The notes: a model not told the origin generated them from the letters alone. Shown: positions 13,980 to 28,270, counted from the first letter of the stretch. The stretch is DNA of 64,000 nucleotides from Blasia pusilla (GCA_050084515.1 CM114271.1:41726001-41790000); one strand, 5' to 3'. Made by a program: numbers and translations.

Positions 13980-14834
13980 TTAGTAAGATGCCCGTGCGAT
14001 GCATAGGTATGTAAATTTTTTTTAGGAAATTAATTTTATAAATAATTGAAAATTAAAATTTTCTATTTTTTTCAAATATCTTCATTTTCTCATTTAAAAA
14101 AGGAGTAATTTATTTCATGTAAGAATTTCCTTATAGACTACATTCCGGGTGTAATCATCTTTCTCATTCGAGTGTGTATAATTTCCAATCATAATATGAA
14201 CTGAACTCTTTTGTCCTACTCTAGACAATGCTACATATAGTTGGCCATGAGAAAATACAGGCGAAGGTAAGTAAATTACAACCTTTTGCAAAGTCTGACC
14301 TTGCGATTTATTAATAGTCATGGCAAAAGCATGATGAATAGGGAATTGCAATCTACGCAAATCAAATGGCATGCCCGAGTCAGAAGCAATCAATGGGATA
14401 CGCGGAATGAAAACTCGACCTCCAATATTTCTCCTTGTAATAATTTCAGCATCTATAATATGTTGCATGAATCCACAAATGATCAATCGAGTGTCATTCG
14501 CTTGTCCTCTTGTACCGTTCATGTTTCGTAGAAGCATGATCGATGCACCAACCTTCAAACACAAACGATGTGGGGGTAGTCCAAAAGGTAAGCATGTATT
14601 CAAGAATTCAGTTGGATAGATATAATTCATTCCCTTGTTTGGAACAGTTTCAACGTTAAGGAGTCAACCTTCTTGCCCCTACATAGCATGGGAGTTAACA
14701 TTATTATGTGCTTACCTCTCTTCTATTTTAACTCCCTAAAATGGCACATGTCAACATCAGAGGAGTCCTCAGAGGACATGTGTCAACTACTAGAGGAAGG
14801 ATTTTGCAAACTTATTCTCTCTCAATAGTATAGA
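13980..14834 (-). mobile_element. Internally deleted Helitron retaining the PIF1 helicase C-terminus
   Basis: ORF 14115-14630 has GLPPHRLCLKVG..MLLRN, RLQFP..AFAMTINKSQGQTL, VFSHGQLYVALSRV and TRNVVYKEIL. 5' end A|TCTATACTATT at 14834. 3' hairpin CCTATGCATCGCACGGG then CTAA|T at 13980. Confidence 0.9.
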
Positions 14835-16178
14835 TGTGTCATTGTAACTTTCGCACATGCCCAAGGGTAGACTTACTCACAATACTTTTTTTCTTGCTAG
14901 TGCCTCTTTCTTGAGGAACTCTACTATTGATAGTCCATTGTGTGTTCATGATACCTACATATATTGGTTGCAACATGATGACAATAGCTTACTACACCAA
15001 TAGTCTGCTCTATACTTCTCTCTCTGAAATTTCCTCTACTATGAACTTAACAAGTGCTCCAAGGACATTCCTACTCTATACTTCCTGCTTATATATAGTT
15101 ATATCATGTCAAGTATAAAATGCAAGAGTCTGAATCTCTTCTCAATTAATTGTTGAGGGTGAACTTCCTCTAGTCCTTAAGAGATATAGCTCCTTCACTC
15201 CTACTTTGGGCTTGATCTCTAGAGAGAAGAATCAAGTGAGCACTCTAACAATGACATTCTAGATAATAGCCATTGAAATGGATTATGCCAAATTCAAACT
15301 CCTAAATGAAATGAAACTCCCAAGTCAAGTCCCTCAAGCCCTTCCCAAGAGTTTTTTACACTCCTTGGAGATAGAATTTGAGTGTCAAGCCCTAAGAGTT
15401 CCCCTCAAACTATATGAACTTCCCACCAAGTTCTAATTCAAATTACCATCCATCATCTATAGAACCCCAAGACATGAATGAAACACTACTACACCCAATG
15501 CTAGAGTTGAAAGTAGATCATCAAAAAGGCTAGAATACTAAGCATGTTCTCACCTCAAATAGGCCACACGTCTTCTAGGAAGGACATGTTAGAATCACTA
15601 AACAACCTAGGTGACTAGCCATGGGGTGACTATAATCTCCTTGAGCATCGTGTGACATCTGTTGATCAAATTATGGAGTGAATTCTGAGAATGGATTTTA
15701 TAAGTAGAACTACTACTCATGACTCCAAGTGCTTATTCCATTTGAAGGCTTAACTTTGGATTCAAAGAGCTACGCTAAGATCGTCAAGCAGCAACGCCAT
15801 GGCATCTTCACCACTCTTGGATTAGATCTCTAAATCTGGAATGCACTAATGTTGGAATTTAGGTGACTTTATTGGTTGCTTTAATTGTATACACAAAAAG
15901 CATCCATCCATTTGGATCCTCAAACACCACAACATACAATACGTGTGCCATGGAAGAGAGGCATTCCAAATTAAGTCACCTACGTAGTCCAAGACCTAAG
16001 CACTTTAATTGTTTACACAAAAAGCATCTATCCATTTGGATCCTTAAACACGACTACTCATAATACGTTTGCAATGGAAGACAGGTACAACACAACAAGT
16101 TTAAATCGGTTATCATAAGGAAGATAAAAGCTTGGTTTTCAAACTTTGAAATAAGAAAGGAGTCTCCGGAGAAATGAT

Positions 16179-16252
16179 CGCTAGATGGAGGGGTCGAACC
16201 TCCGACCTTGCGGTTAACAGCCGCACGCTCTAACCAACTGAGCTAATCCAGC
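16179..16252 (-). tRNA. trnN-GTT: tRNA-Asn (anticodon GTT), intronless
   Basis: Reverse complement GCTGGATTAGCTCAGTTGGTTAGAGCGTGCGGCTGTTAACCGCAAGGTCGGAGGTTCGACCCCTCCATCTAGCG folds as a cloverleaf with A and B boxes. Upstream CAA and AT-rich flank are typical of plant nuclear tRNA genes. Confidence 0.97.
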
Positions 16253-16872
16253 TAGTTGTAAGACAAGATGCACATATTAATATTAGTTATTTCGTACTGA
16301 GTGGTAGTCTCCCGCGTCAGCACAATCTAAGCTCGTTAGCCCATACACTGTGGCGTATTTTAGATGCCACGGCGATGCTCGACCGTTTAATTCAACATGG
16401 TTAGCAGACAGACACGACCTCTTCTTTCTACTCAGCCAGCTAATCTCGTTCCACCAACGCTCCTTTGGGAGCTATGCTAAAGAGAGAAAAAGGCAGCATG
16501 TTGGAAAGGGATGCGACCATTCAAGCCACAAACAAAACTGGAGAAAAATATTCATAATTTAAAAGGGGTCAGAGGGAGACAAGAAGTCCAAAGTCCGGTG
16601 GGAGAAAATCAAATTGCAGAGTTCAACTTTTCCACAACATGAATAATATGGTTCAAAGGTCCGAAAAGGCAAAATAAGAATCTAAAAGCTCATGTTATCT
16701 ATTAAAGATAGGTTTTTGTTACATTTTCAGAAGTATTTTATAATTTATTTTTGTCCTTTCGTTATTGGAAGGTTAATTCTTAAAGGTGTCTTCTTCATTC
16801 AAATTGGTAGAATATCTAAATTGATTAAAAAAAAATTAATTTTTTTTTATCTCAAAGTGTTTTATCCACCAA

Positions 16873-18436
16873 TCTATTTATATAAATAAAAGAGGATGGG
16901 GTTAGAGGAAACCCTCTTCAAATGTTGACACCTCTTTTAAAGGGTTCTTATGGTGTTGACACATGTCACTTGAAGAGAGAGAATTCAATTAAATGAAGAC
17001 CGGATGCTTCTTAAAATTTGAAGATCACCCTTGCATAGCATGGGCACCAACTCGTCTATACTATTGGAAAAAGAGTGTTGCTTGCCATGTAAACCCATTT
17101 TGGGATTCGTATTTGTTGATATGATGATCTAGAATACCACAAATACGAATTCGTATTTGTAGAATCAAGGCATATAAAATAGAATCAAGGCATATAAAAT
17201 AGAACTTCCCAAGGCCATATTGAAATATTATTCCATATATAACATTGGCACAGGAGAAAAACATGCTACTTGATGGGGCTTACAATTCTAGTGTGTGGCA
17301 ATTCCCAAGAGATTTTTTTCATTATATGAACCCAAAAAACTCCTAAAAATTTTGAATTCCCAAAACAAAACTAAATATTTTTCCAAAAATCTATAAGAAA
17401 ATTTTAACAAACTAAAATTAAAATAAATTTGTTAGTGAATTCTGTAGAGAAGTAATTTTTCTATTTCAAAAAATGATACCCACCATTCATAGAACCTTGT
17501 ATATTCATTATTCCCTTACATTGATAACAAACATATATTAAGAGCATATATTTGTGCTTCAACTCATTCCTAGAAGATTTATCTTGGGTCATATGAATAC
17601 ATATTACATTTAAATTTTCAAAATTAAATTACAACGTTCAAAACTAAAGATCATTTAACATTAGGATGCACCTCCTAAGATTAGGGTGTGCATATATTAA
17701 GGAAGAACCATGATTGGTATTAAGAGAAATTTCCACTTTATTTCCATTTTAAGAGATGTCAAACACTTTCCAGACATGGTTGTTGTGCAATAGAATGTCC
17801 ACATATGAAACAAGTACATCTCCCATGTACTCATTTTCTTCGAATTTTGAGGAAATCATGTTTAATAAAATGGAACGACTCCTCTATCCCTCTTGATGTC
17901 ATATTCCTACTCTCCCACACAGTGTGGACATTTTGCAAGGTATCTCCAACCCCTTTAGACTTTTTGCCCTAATTGTAACAGCTGATTGTAAGATGAATAA
18001 CCCAAGACCTATACGGAATATGTACAAGTAAGGACATAAGCTCTTTCATTAACATATTCCCATTTCTTGATATTAGAAAGACATCTTTACTTTTTCAACT
18101 TTTTGATGGGTTCATGGTTCAATCATAAGTTATGGGAGAGTGTCTTCTTAATTCACTTGTGGCAACCAGGCACCAAGAAAATATTTTCTCATCCACAGGC
18201 AGCAAGAAAAATATTTTATGCCTGACGTGATAAATCCCTTCACTCCCGTGCATAACATGGACTGCCCACTAATTTATCATTGTTATGAAACTCTTTATTG
18301 ATTTCAAAACATTTTTAGTTTATAAGATGATTGTCCTCATGATTAAATGAAAAATTTAAATCATTTCATAATATACTAGTAACAGATAATTCAAATTACC
18401 ATTTTACATCCTATCCATCACATAGGCACGGACTAG
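16873..18436 (+). mobile_element. Two non-autonomous Helitrons in head-to-tail tandem (16873-17054; 17055-18436)
   Basis: A|TCTATTTATA start at 16873. Hairpin CCCTTGCATAGCATGGG + CTCG at 17028-17054 is directly followed by TCTATACTATTG (same as the 14834 Helitron 5' end). Hairpin CCTAT..ATAGG + CTAG|T ends at 18436. Confidence 0.55.
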
Positions 18437-19484
18437 TGTTTCGTTAACCATTCCAAGCTTAACATTCATGTAACAGGATTTCCATCTTAATTCTTGGCCA
18501 GGGTCGGCATTTCCAATCCACAACAGTCGAGGAGGCTTAGCATTCAGGAAACAATAATTAACTACCTATAACTTTCATCCAAGTGATGATCTGTCTAGCT
18601 GAGGCCACATCTGCTAACGAATGAAGCCCACCCACATCAGATGACTTGGATATCTTCCTCGCTTTCCTCTCGAACAGCAAGATCTGATGGGCTTTCAGAA
18701 GCTTCCAGAGTTCACCCGTGCTTCAATCTCGGCGAAAGTAATCCTCGCCTCAGAGCATCCCAGATCTTCACGTCTGAAACACAGCCTGACTTCCCAGTCT
18801 TCTCTGAGGAAGGTCAGATCTTCTTGTCTAAGATGGAGGGATTCCCAAGTCCTTTTCGAGGAGGATCAGTTCTGGATTCCCGGCTCAAAGAAGTCTGATA
18901 TCTTTATAGGATGACCACAACATTCCTTTTAGATTGGCTTTAGACTATTCAATTATTCACCGATTGAGATTCTTGACGTTGCGCTCAGACACTAGTACGG
19001 AATCTGATCTTAGCATTGGCCGTTCTTCTGCACATTTTTTACTGGCATGTGCTTCCCTGCTTACGGCAACCTTTGGGGTCCAAGATTTCCTTCATCCTTA
19101 TCCGGCTTGTAGGAAATAACATTTGACATTCCAGACGTGAACCTCCAGGTCAGGAATACGAATCCTCAAGTCAACTGATACTTAGCTTACCAATTTGGGA
19201 GGGAATGTTCTCATTCTCCCATGTAGAGGATATGGCATTAAAGGGACCCAGGGCCATCAGAATTCAAATCAATATTTACGTGCCTTCATCCCTGTACAAA
19301 ATATTAATTGCATAAACCATGACATGGTGTCTTTCATGTACTACAAAGTCTCTCTTACTTGTGTTCCTATGCGCTATGTTCGAATCGGAAGAAGGAGCAA
19401 AAGGCTGTAACTGAACAGATAGATACACATCAATAATCATTCCGTGATGGGAAAGTCTCATGGGCCATCTGGTGGTGGGTAACT

Positions 19485-19944
19485 GAAGATTCATGAAGGC
19501 TGGGTTAGGATCAAATCAGTTGCGATCTGATGGGAGAAACCTGGAATCTTCCAACAAATAAATTCAGGTTGAGTTTCAACTCCTGAAGGAACAATCTCCA
19601 TGCTTGTAGGACAAGCTCATTGCTTCGTTGATCATGCATATGCATGTATACATACATATTCAAGGGTGCTGTACCTGACAAATTGGAATCCAAACAGCCA
19701 GTCGACTTGCAGCTAGTCGACCTTAAAAGCATGAATCGCTTATCTAAACAATAAATTCAAGACAATAGTTAAGCTCTGCTTGTGTCCTTCACTACTAAAT
19801 GCTTCACCTTAACTCTCCCGAAGCCAATGGGAAACCAAGTTCGACCAGAAAAATGCTTGACAGGTAGTTCTTCTGTATAACCTTTAATTACCTGCCATAT
19901 GGTGGGTAACTGATGTGATCCTAACCCAGCCTTCATGAAACTTC
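19485..19944. repeat. 37-bp inverted repeat (35/37) with ~385-bp spacer
   Basis: 19485-19521 GAAGATTCATGAAGGCTGGGTTAGGATCAAATCAGTT versus the reverse complement of 19908-19944. Confidence 0.85.
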
Positions 19945-20367
19945 GACAATCTGCCACTCACCAACAGAAACGACTCACTCTAAGGAACGAGAAGACACCA
20001 ATCCTCACACTAGTGATTTTGCCATTTCCTACTTCACTTGGTGACAAAACTTTCAGAGCCTGTTCCTTTCGACTTTGAACCATGCATGCCATAAAATGAA
20101 AGATTAATCTCAGATGCAATATGAATTGATGATTACAAAAAAGAATGGTAATTGTTACGTTATTGATTGCAGACGTGCAGTGATGTTCAGATAAAACAGT
20201 GACCCGATTCACAAGAGAAAAGCATCTCAAGGAGAAAACATCAGATACATTGCCTACAGATGGGGATTGTAACTATGGGATCTACCTACCCTGAGGCAGC
20301 GCAAAAAAATGTGCATTTCCACAATCTCTGCAGATGCTGGTGGAGAATTATGTTTCGTATCACTTTT

Positions 20368-23300
20368 TCACAACTTGAAAACCATGGAGGTAGCGCTGAT
20401 GGCATTGTAAATCAAAGGCCCACTTATGGGCATGAACTGTCCAGTCAATAGCTGTCAAAGAACAATGCGCACACCAAGTCAGCAATGTGCACACCATGCC
20501 GCATGAATATTTCTTACACTTAATAAGGCCAGTTACCCTATAAACTCAAATAAATCAACAGATTCAATGCTGAGTTTATTTGCACTTTCAAGCGTATGAT
20601 AGTATACATATGAAAGAGAGGATCTCTCCTAATATTGTTTGTACCTTGATGGCCTCCTGAGCAGCTACACCTCCAATAACTGCTGCAACACAGTGTAACT
20701 CAGCTGCCCCAAATCTGCACAACTCTGCAACTAGATCATCTGGAAGGCTTGCCCCAGCACATCCAATGTCGTTCAGCAAGCCTACTGCCACAGCCTTCAG
20801 CCGAGCAATGTCCTCTTCAAGGTCCCTGCCAAACAAAACAAGTGGTAACGATTTCACAAACTGTGTTTTGTTGAATAGAATCACTAAGGTGACTACTAAT
20901 ATACAGATCAAGCCACGACCAGATTCAATTTCATAGAAACTCTCTTCCAACATGCAGATATTGATGTTAAGGCAGAAGAATTTGGAACTGTAGCTCACTA
21001 TTTCCACTGTAAAGGCAGTCTATACATTTGTGGGACACATGCATCAGGACCTTATTATGATTACTGGTACTTGGTCCACAATGGCATCACATTCTAAAGG
21101 AGTGGTAGAACTACAAGATTGAGTATCACACTGGGTTGTCGGGAATACCCATCAAAAATACCAGGATATCTGTTGTAAGTGGCAGCAAATTGATCCACTG
21201 CTCGTAGCAGAACATAAAGGGCAGAGTTACTGCGAACAAGAGTAATAATCAGATCGTGTTTGAGCTGAATTCATCAAAGATGATAAATCATATTACTATA
21301 AACTATTATCAACATGTTCCAGGGCCTCATTTCTCAACAAATCACTTCAAAGAGTGTCTACATGACTGCAGATCACGCATCTGGGTTCTCATTATTTATA
21401 CACTTCCCTTCACTAACAGTCCTCATGATATTACCTGCTCTCGTCAACAGCAAAAAGCTTTAAAAACTCAGAACCCATTTGAGGTCTGAATTCATCTGCC
21501 AAAGACGGATATCGGAATACCTGCCAATATACCCTCATATGTTAAGAGTGTTCCACATAGGAGAGGAAATATGCGACCAACCAAACTCTTCTAATACTAC
21601 CCAAGAACTCAGAGTTGTCAAGGCACAACAAAAAGCAAAGAAGAAAAACATACTCGTAAATTACGAGAATTTTTGCAGAAGTGCTTGATTTGGGTCTTGG
21701 AGATGGAATCAGGATCCCTGCCCATCTGCTTTAAAATGCTTCTAACCCGTTCTTCCACAGCAGCTGCATCAGCCTCTGCACGAGCTTGATAAACCTTTTG
21801 CAAGCGAATATAGTATCTGCATCCATATCACAAGCTTACATCAAGCTACATTACTCACAACTAATTAAAGATCCTTAGTTAGATCCTCAGTACACAACTA
21901 AGGATCACTAGTTAGATCCTTACTAAAGATTTAATCCTTAGTTACATGTGTCCGGATGACACATGATATCAGGCAAATCAAGGTGCCATCTAACAATAAT
22001 GGTTTTTAGTTTTTATGTACATACATATCACACAAAGTGATATCATCAGCAAAAGAAAGACGCAGGCTATGGCACCCGACATAGCAAACTTGCTTACTCT
22101 GTAAATGAGTGCATATCAGGCACAGATCCATCCAGAGGGGGGTCCCCTTGACCTTCATTCTCCATGAACAACTGTAGGTACCAAAAAGACAGCAGGCTCC
22201 ACAATCATTTCATTGCAAAACCTCCACATCCTATTCTTACTTGAGCTCATGAACAAAAGTGCACAAAGAGTTCCAAAAAAACTGTTGCGGATCTACGTCA
22301 AGTGGCCTACATCCAATTTGAATCAATTTCAACATCAAAGTCAAATGCACAGAAGCTACAATTGATTTTCTGCACCTCTTGTAAATCACCAACTAAAATT
22401 ATCTGTCACATCAGCTCATCCCAATGAGATTTACATCCACAGTATGTATTTTCTTTTCCAATGCCATAGTTTGTCTTACCTTCAATGCAGCAACCATCAC
22501 CCAGAAGTCCGATGAAGCCAAATCAACTTCCACGCTCCTATCATTTAGAACAGCACGTAATTCAGGTTCTGCAGGATACAGTGTACAGGTGAGAAAGAGA
22601 AATGCTGAAAATAAGTACAAGAATCACAAGATGACCCTAGAAGCTTCATGTCATATCTTTGTTCAAGCCAAATGCACCTTTCCATGTCTTTTGATTTCAT
22701 GGTGACTAGTACCAAAAATGCGTGTGAGATTCACGAAATCCTCAAAAACAATATGTTTAAAGCAGAGCGTTCCAATTTTCTCAAGCATCAACAGAGCCTC
22801 TACTATGTTGACTGCTCAAAAAAATTTGTGCCTGCCCAGAAAGGCATGTGTCAGTAGGTCTAAATGTCCACAAAACAAAATGGCATCTTTTGTTTATAGC
22901 TTAGACAACAAGTTTGCAGACCTCCTATCTCCCACATGTGAGTGATATGTTAAAAGGAAGCACAGGTAATTAGGCACGGTTATGCTCTGGACTGATGCTG
23001 TCCATTACCTCAGTTGTCAAACGTGAACTAGATCAATTGAGAACCACCAACAAAGATGCTGATCTGGTTAGCTACACTTGTACAAATCATCACAATAAGG
23101 TCACAAGGTCTCCCAGCAAGTGGAGGAGTAAGGTCTAACACATTGCATAGTGATCTTCAGCACGTAGCGAAAAAGCTCAGGTTCAAAAACCAGTGATCCA
23201 GAGCCTTCCACACATACACTCTCTATGTGAAAGCTTGATGAGGTCTACTTATAATCACATGTCTGAAGGAGTTAGATTTGATAAACGCAATGCTCGGATC

Positions 23301-25557
23301 CAGTCTTGGACACCCATTCAAAGACCACCCCTCATCCTATCAAAGACAATCAAGATGGAAAAAGTTCCATTCCATACATTTCCAGTTCAGACGGAAATCA
23401 GCCATTCAGTTCATTCAAAGGTAAAATGATTAATCAAGACACTCCGAAAGTACATCATCTGCTCCCTTAGAGATCCATACTTATGACTGGAGGAGATGTA
23501 ACCAGATAAGCAGCTTTGAGTGCCTCCTTGTAGTTATCCTCTTCATCCGATCGTTTTCTTGCAGAAATAGCAGCCTAGTCATCCAAAATTTTGATTTTCC
23601 AAAGTGAGGTGAGAAAAAAGCAGCAGCCCTTCATGCCTCAACTATTGATTTGAAACTACTTCCATCTGTGGCAGAAACTAATCATAGAGATACATGACTC
23701 TTTTACAACTAAGAGTGACCTTATGCCTGCCACGGTTCTCATCTCATTACAACAAAGTTCATCATCATGACCTTATCTACTCCTCGCTGTACTAGTGAAT
23801 AAGAGAAAAGCAGAAACGAACACATAATTGACCAGGAGTACAAGGTTGCTGGCTAGATAAATAACTACCTTCAGTTCTCTCAAATTGGCTGGCATCTGAC
23901 CGTCATGACTAGCTTTCCATTCTTCAACTATCTTGATCAAGAGGACACCAAATGGGATGTGCTTGTGAACTAAGCCATCTTTGGTGTCGATATCGAACTC
24001 TTCAACAAATCTAGGATGCACAAAATCATACATGACTAACATTGACTTTCAGACATTGGGAGTAGAGATGAGACAAAGATAGCAAACTTCATGCCCACTT
24101 CTAATCAACACAAACACTTTGCACTAGGAAATTACTCAGCCCAAAAAATGAAAGCAAAAAGCAAAGAATCACAACTCTCAGACCTCTGATCTAATCGACT
24201 CTGGCACCATTCATGTCCAATAGACTGCTCATACTGGAGCTGGCTACTGAGGTAAGAACTACGAATGACAAATTTGGGAAAATATCCATACCTCTTTAAT
24301 TCCGGCCATGGCTTCTGCAACCTGAGGTCTTCAACTTTGTTATCTGGCTTTGCCTCAATCACTACATGCTCCTGCAAAAAACATTAGCTCACCCTATCAC
24401 CCAATAAAATGGACAGCTATTCAAAGGAGAACACATGGTTACTAAGACTAGCAAACAACACAATGTCACAAAGTGATAAAGAGATCACAAACATGACCTC
24501 AACTTTGTATGTCTACCCTACTCCTAGGTGTACAGATTAAGCATGGTATATCCTACGTATAAATTTTGCCAAAACAACAAATCAGCTACATAGTAAAATG
24601 CAGTAGGCAACCCCAAGGAAATACCTTCACACTGATCCGGACATGACCAACCAAACCATAGGAACGCGCGACTACGAGGATCACATTAAAATGCCTGCAT
24701 ATGTCATCCAGCTTAACTAGGGCATTCTCGGGCATCTGCATCGAATATACAACAGAAACATAAAAATTTGTCTCCGGCAAAGACACGTGATTAGCCATGA
24801 AAGTACCACAAAATTCACTCGGCCGACACGATTATTTTGTTACCTGTGTAGCAATAACCAGTGTAAACTGTGAAAAGAAGCCTGGATTCGACTCAAGCAG
24901 CGCCTCAGGTGATTCCTCCACAAACTTGGCAACCACAGTTTCATTCAATTCTTGCAACATTGCAGAAACGGCCGATGCTTTACGTGAACCCAGATAATCC
25001 CACTCAACTGCAAACCCACAGGCATCTCCCTTTGAGACATACGAAATTGCCCCGTCTGGATATAAACACATTAGCCAATTCTTGTTCGAACACAGTTCAT
25101 AGCAAATGATGCCGACAAAAGCCCAAACAGAAGGAGACCACACACACCTAGGAAATTGTTCCCCAAATCAGATGGTTTAATGTCAGAACCATCTACAATC
25201 GTGAACGATCCGATTCCACCCAACACCAAATTCTTCAAAGCCTCTGAACCAGTAGGCCCGACATTGAGTACGCAGATGTTTGCCTGCTCCAACGCTTCCT
25301 GCCCTTGCTCTCCCCATATCCTGCACGGACGGCGTCCTCATTCACATTACAGGAAATTCCTACCGCAACCAACAGCAGTGCAAAGCAATATTCCATATAA
25401 ATCTTGTAACATACCGAAGTTGGCGATCATATTTCTTATCGCGCTGCGCCATGGCCTGAACGCCAGGCGTAGCCTCCCGATCCAAACGCCTTCTTTTCGT
25501 AGCGCTCTCCGTTATATCCAGACTGACCGCAGCCTCCTCGCCTATTCTCACCCGCAT
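20368..25557 (-). CDS. AXR1: NEDD8/RUB-activating enzyme E1 regulatory subunit (AXR1/NAE1/APP-BP1), 14 exons, 554 aa
   Basis: Manual GT-AG splicing gives an open 1665-nt CDS. Exons: 25557-25415, 25320-25148, 25007-24844, 24735-24625, 24371-24292, 24010-23869, 23574-23481, 22568-22480, 22171-22098, 21816-21654, 21520-21435, 21229-21149, 20825-20645, 20451-20368. Motifs [91 protein letters not shown]. Alternative start at ATG 25452. Confidence 0.95.
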
Positions 25558-26160
25558 TCATGCAATCGTCAAAATCTCTCTCTTCCTATTCTCCCTGCCC
25601 TGACTCCTTGCCCTCCTCAGCAGAAGAAGAAGCAGTACCACCGGTCCACTCCTCTTGTCCACCAAATTCTCGTCGTCACACGTAATCCCTGAATTTCACA
25701 AACCCTGGTCCTCTAGGACAAAGCGACCGCACCTCGAAATTGGCGCAGCTCCCATGAGTTTTTCCACGGGGCGAACCTGAAACCAATTTGCACTTTCCAC
25801 TACGGAGTTTCGATCTCCTCTTCACGCAAAAATCCGTGGTCGATGATGGACAGTACTATCAGGGTTTTAAAAACGACGACTGACGCCGAGATTCTTCACT
25901 CCTCTCCGAAGCCGTTGCTGGGAGAGAAGGGTTGGGTTTGGCGGAGTACCACTCATCCTCCGCAGCCACGCGCTGACGGGCTATATTGTGTATACTTCAG
26001 TTTAGTTTAGTCGTAGGCGTGCCCCTTTTCTTTTCCTGTCCGTTGTGGGCCGACTCGACCGTAGTGTTCTTGATAGGTTTTCCATCACCCGTTTTTATCC
26101 TCGTTATCACCACCATTCATAATGAACTGAATACTAGGAGCTTATGGGTTCTCACGCACT

Positions 26161-26943
26161 CACTAGGGATAATTTCATTAATTAATGAGATTTCTCTTAT
26201 TAGATTTTTCTTATCATGTCATCTTCCAGCAAATCTACATTTATTTATACCATAGCGTTGACTTTTTATATAATTATCTATGCTAGACCTTAAATCCTAA
26301 ATATCTGAAGTTTTTTAAATATAACTAACTCAGTCGTTTATATGACTAAGACAGTCCACACAATAACCAAACTCGTAGATTCATTTTGAACGACTCGATA
26401 AGTTTGAGTCATAGAATGCCATGACCCAACGAGCCATAGAATATGACTCATGCAGTTAATAATTATGACACAGTCATTTATATTACGTATGCCAAGGACT
26501 AGAGACATTCTATTGATACGTGTCGTTGTATGAGTGCTTTATGACAACGTCCTTTCTCGTGTGGTGTCACGTGGCCACATGTGATTTGTTATTCAAATCC
26601 TACTCAGCATGCCATCTCATATAATTACATGGAAAGTGTAGTTATGATAGAGTCATTTAAGACACGTGTCATTCATTAGTGACTATAATATCATTTTTAT
26701 GCCATGTCACATGCGAATGTGGCATAGTGACATGGCACTAGCACGTGGAACATTAGTCATACATCAATGATTAAGTAATCAATGCCTAACGTCATTTATC
26801 GATCGGGTAGCCCTAGTGATTTCCTGTAAATGACTTGGTTTTTATGACTCTTACATTCATGAGTCATTCTTAGTCATTTACCACGGAAAATGACTCGACC
26901 AAGTCATTTATTAGAGTCATACAAACCATGATTTCCTCTAGTG
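26161..26943. mobile_element. Probable non-autonomous CACTA element or terminus with TGACTC/GAGTCA subterminal repeats
   Basis: CACTAGGG at 26161, CCCTAGTG at 26811-26818 and TTTCCTCTAGTG ending 26943, where the Copia RT is cut. ATGACTC/GAGTCAT motifs are dense in both orientations. No clean 3-bp TSD. Confidence 0.45.
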
Positions 26944-28270
26944 GATGTTTCCCCACGTTTGACATAAACATGCTAACCACACTCATAGCATATGAGATAT
27001 CTGATTGAGTGCAAGTCATTGTATACATCAAACTTCCAACCGCTTTTTCATTAGGAACCTCTGACATTTCTCTTCGTTCATCTTTGATATCACGACTGCC
27101 AAGTGAAGAGAGTCTAAAAGGATTGCCTAAAGGAGTGCTCAAATATTTAGAATTCTCCATGCCAAACTCTTCAAGTACGTTCTCAATGTACGTCCTCTGG
27201 GACATCCACAACCGTTGATTCTTCTGATCGTTGTGGATATTTATCCCAAAAATCCTATTTGAAGCACCAAGTCCTTCATTCTAAACTGCTTGCTCAATTG
27301 TTTCTTCAATTGAGCAATAACTTTCATGTGCTAAGAGGCAATGAGCATATCATCTACATGTAGAACCAAGACAATGTAACCAAAATGAACACCTCTCTCT
27401 ATCTTATTTAGATACACATAACAGTCATACTCACTACGAGTATGTCCATGTATTCTCATAAATGTATCGAATCTTTTATGTCATTGCCTCAGACTCTACT
27501 TCAATCGTTAGGACTTCTTCAATCTGCATATCAAGTTCTCCTTCCCATGTACTTCAAATCCCTATGGCTATGGCATGTTCATCTCCTCCTCGAGCTCTCC
27601 ATGCAAGAAGGCAGTTGTAACATCAAGTTTCTCCAATTTTAGGTGATATAGAGGTACTATGCCTAGAAATACATGAATGGATGCAATGTTTATCATCGGT
27701 GAGAAAATCTGATTGAACTCAATACCTTCCCTTTGGACATATCCCTTTGCCATGTATCTATCTCATGAATTACTTCCTCCGATACAACCATCTACATCCA
27801 ATTTCCTTCTTGTCCTTAGGTAATCGCACTAGTCCCAAGTACGATTATATTGAAGAGACTCCATCTCTTCCTCCATGGCAAGCATCCACCTTGACTGGTC
27901 CTAGACCTCTAAGGCCTCTTTGTAACATGAAGGCTTGCCGTTCTCTGTAAGAACGGCAAAGGAAAATGCATCTAAACTCAAAAAATCCAAGTGTTTGGGG
28001 GGATCTCCTTGGTCTCTCTGCCCTACAAAACTGTGGTGCAATGAGAACTTTAACATGACTCTTAGGCTATGATTCTGAGACAGTCACGTCACTAATGTCT
28101 ATCTCCACCTTTATAGCCTTGGATATTGGACTGTCATCTCTTACCTTACTTGAAATATGAGTCTTTAACAAAACCTTATAATCAAAGGATACATCTCTAC
28201 TCACAACAATCTTGCATGTACTAGGGTCCCACAATCTATACCCTTTCACTCCCTTATGATATACTAGAAA

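Noticed and set aside
14837-15657. Possible solo LTR TGTCA...TGACA
   Set aside because: TSD imperfect (TATG/TCTG after removing the Helitron) and no second copy in the window.
18600-18905. Coding-like minus-strand stretch downstream of AXR1
   Set aside because: In-frame stops and no recognisable domain; AXR1 already terminates at 20368.
25156-25692. 178-aa plus-strand ORF
   Set aside because: Antisense to AXR1 exons 1-2.
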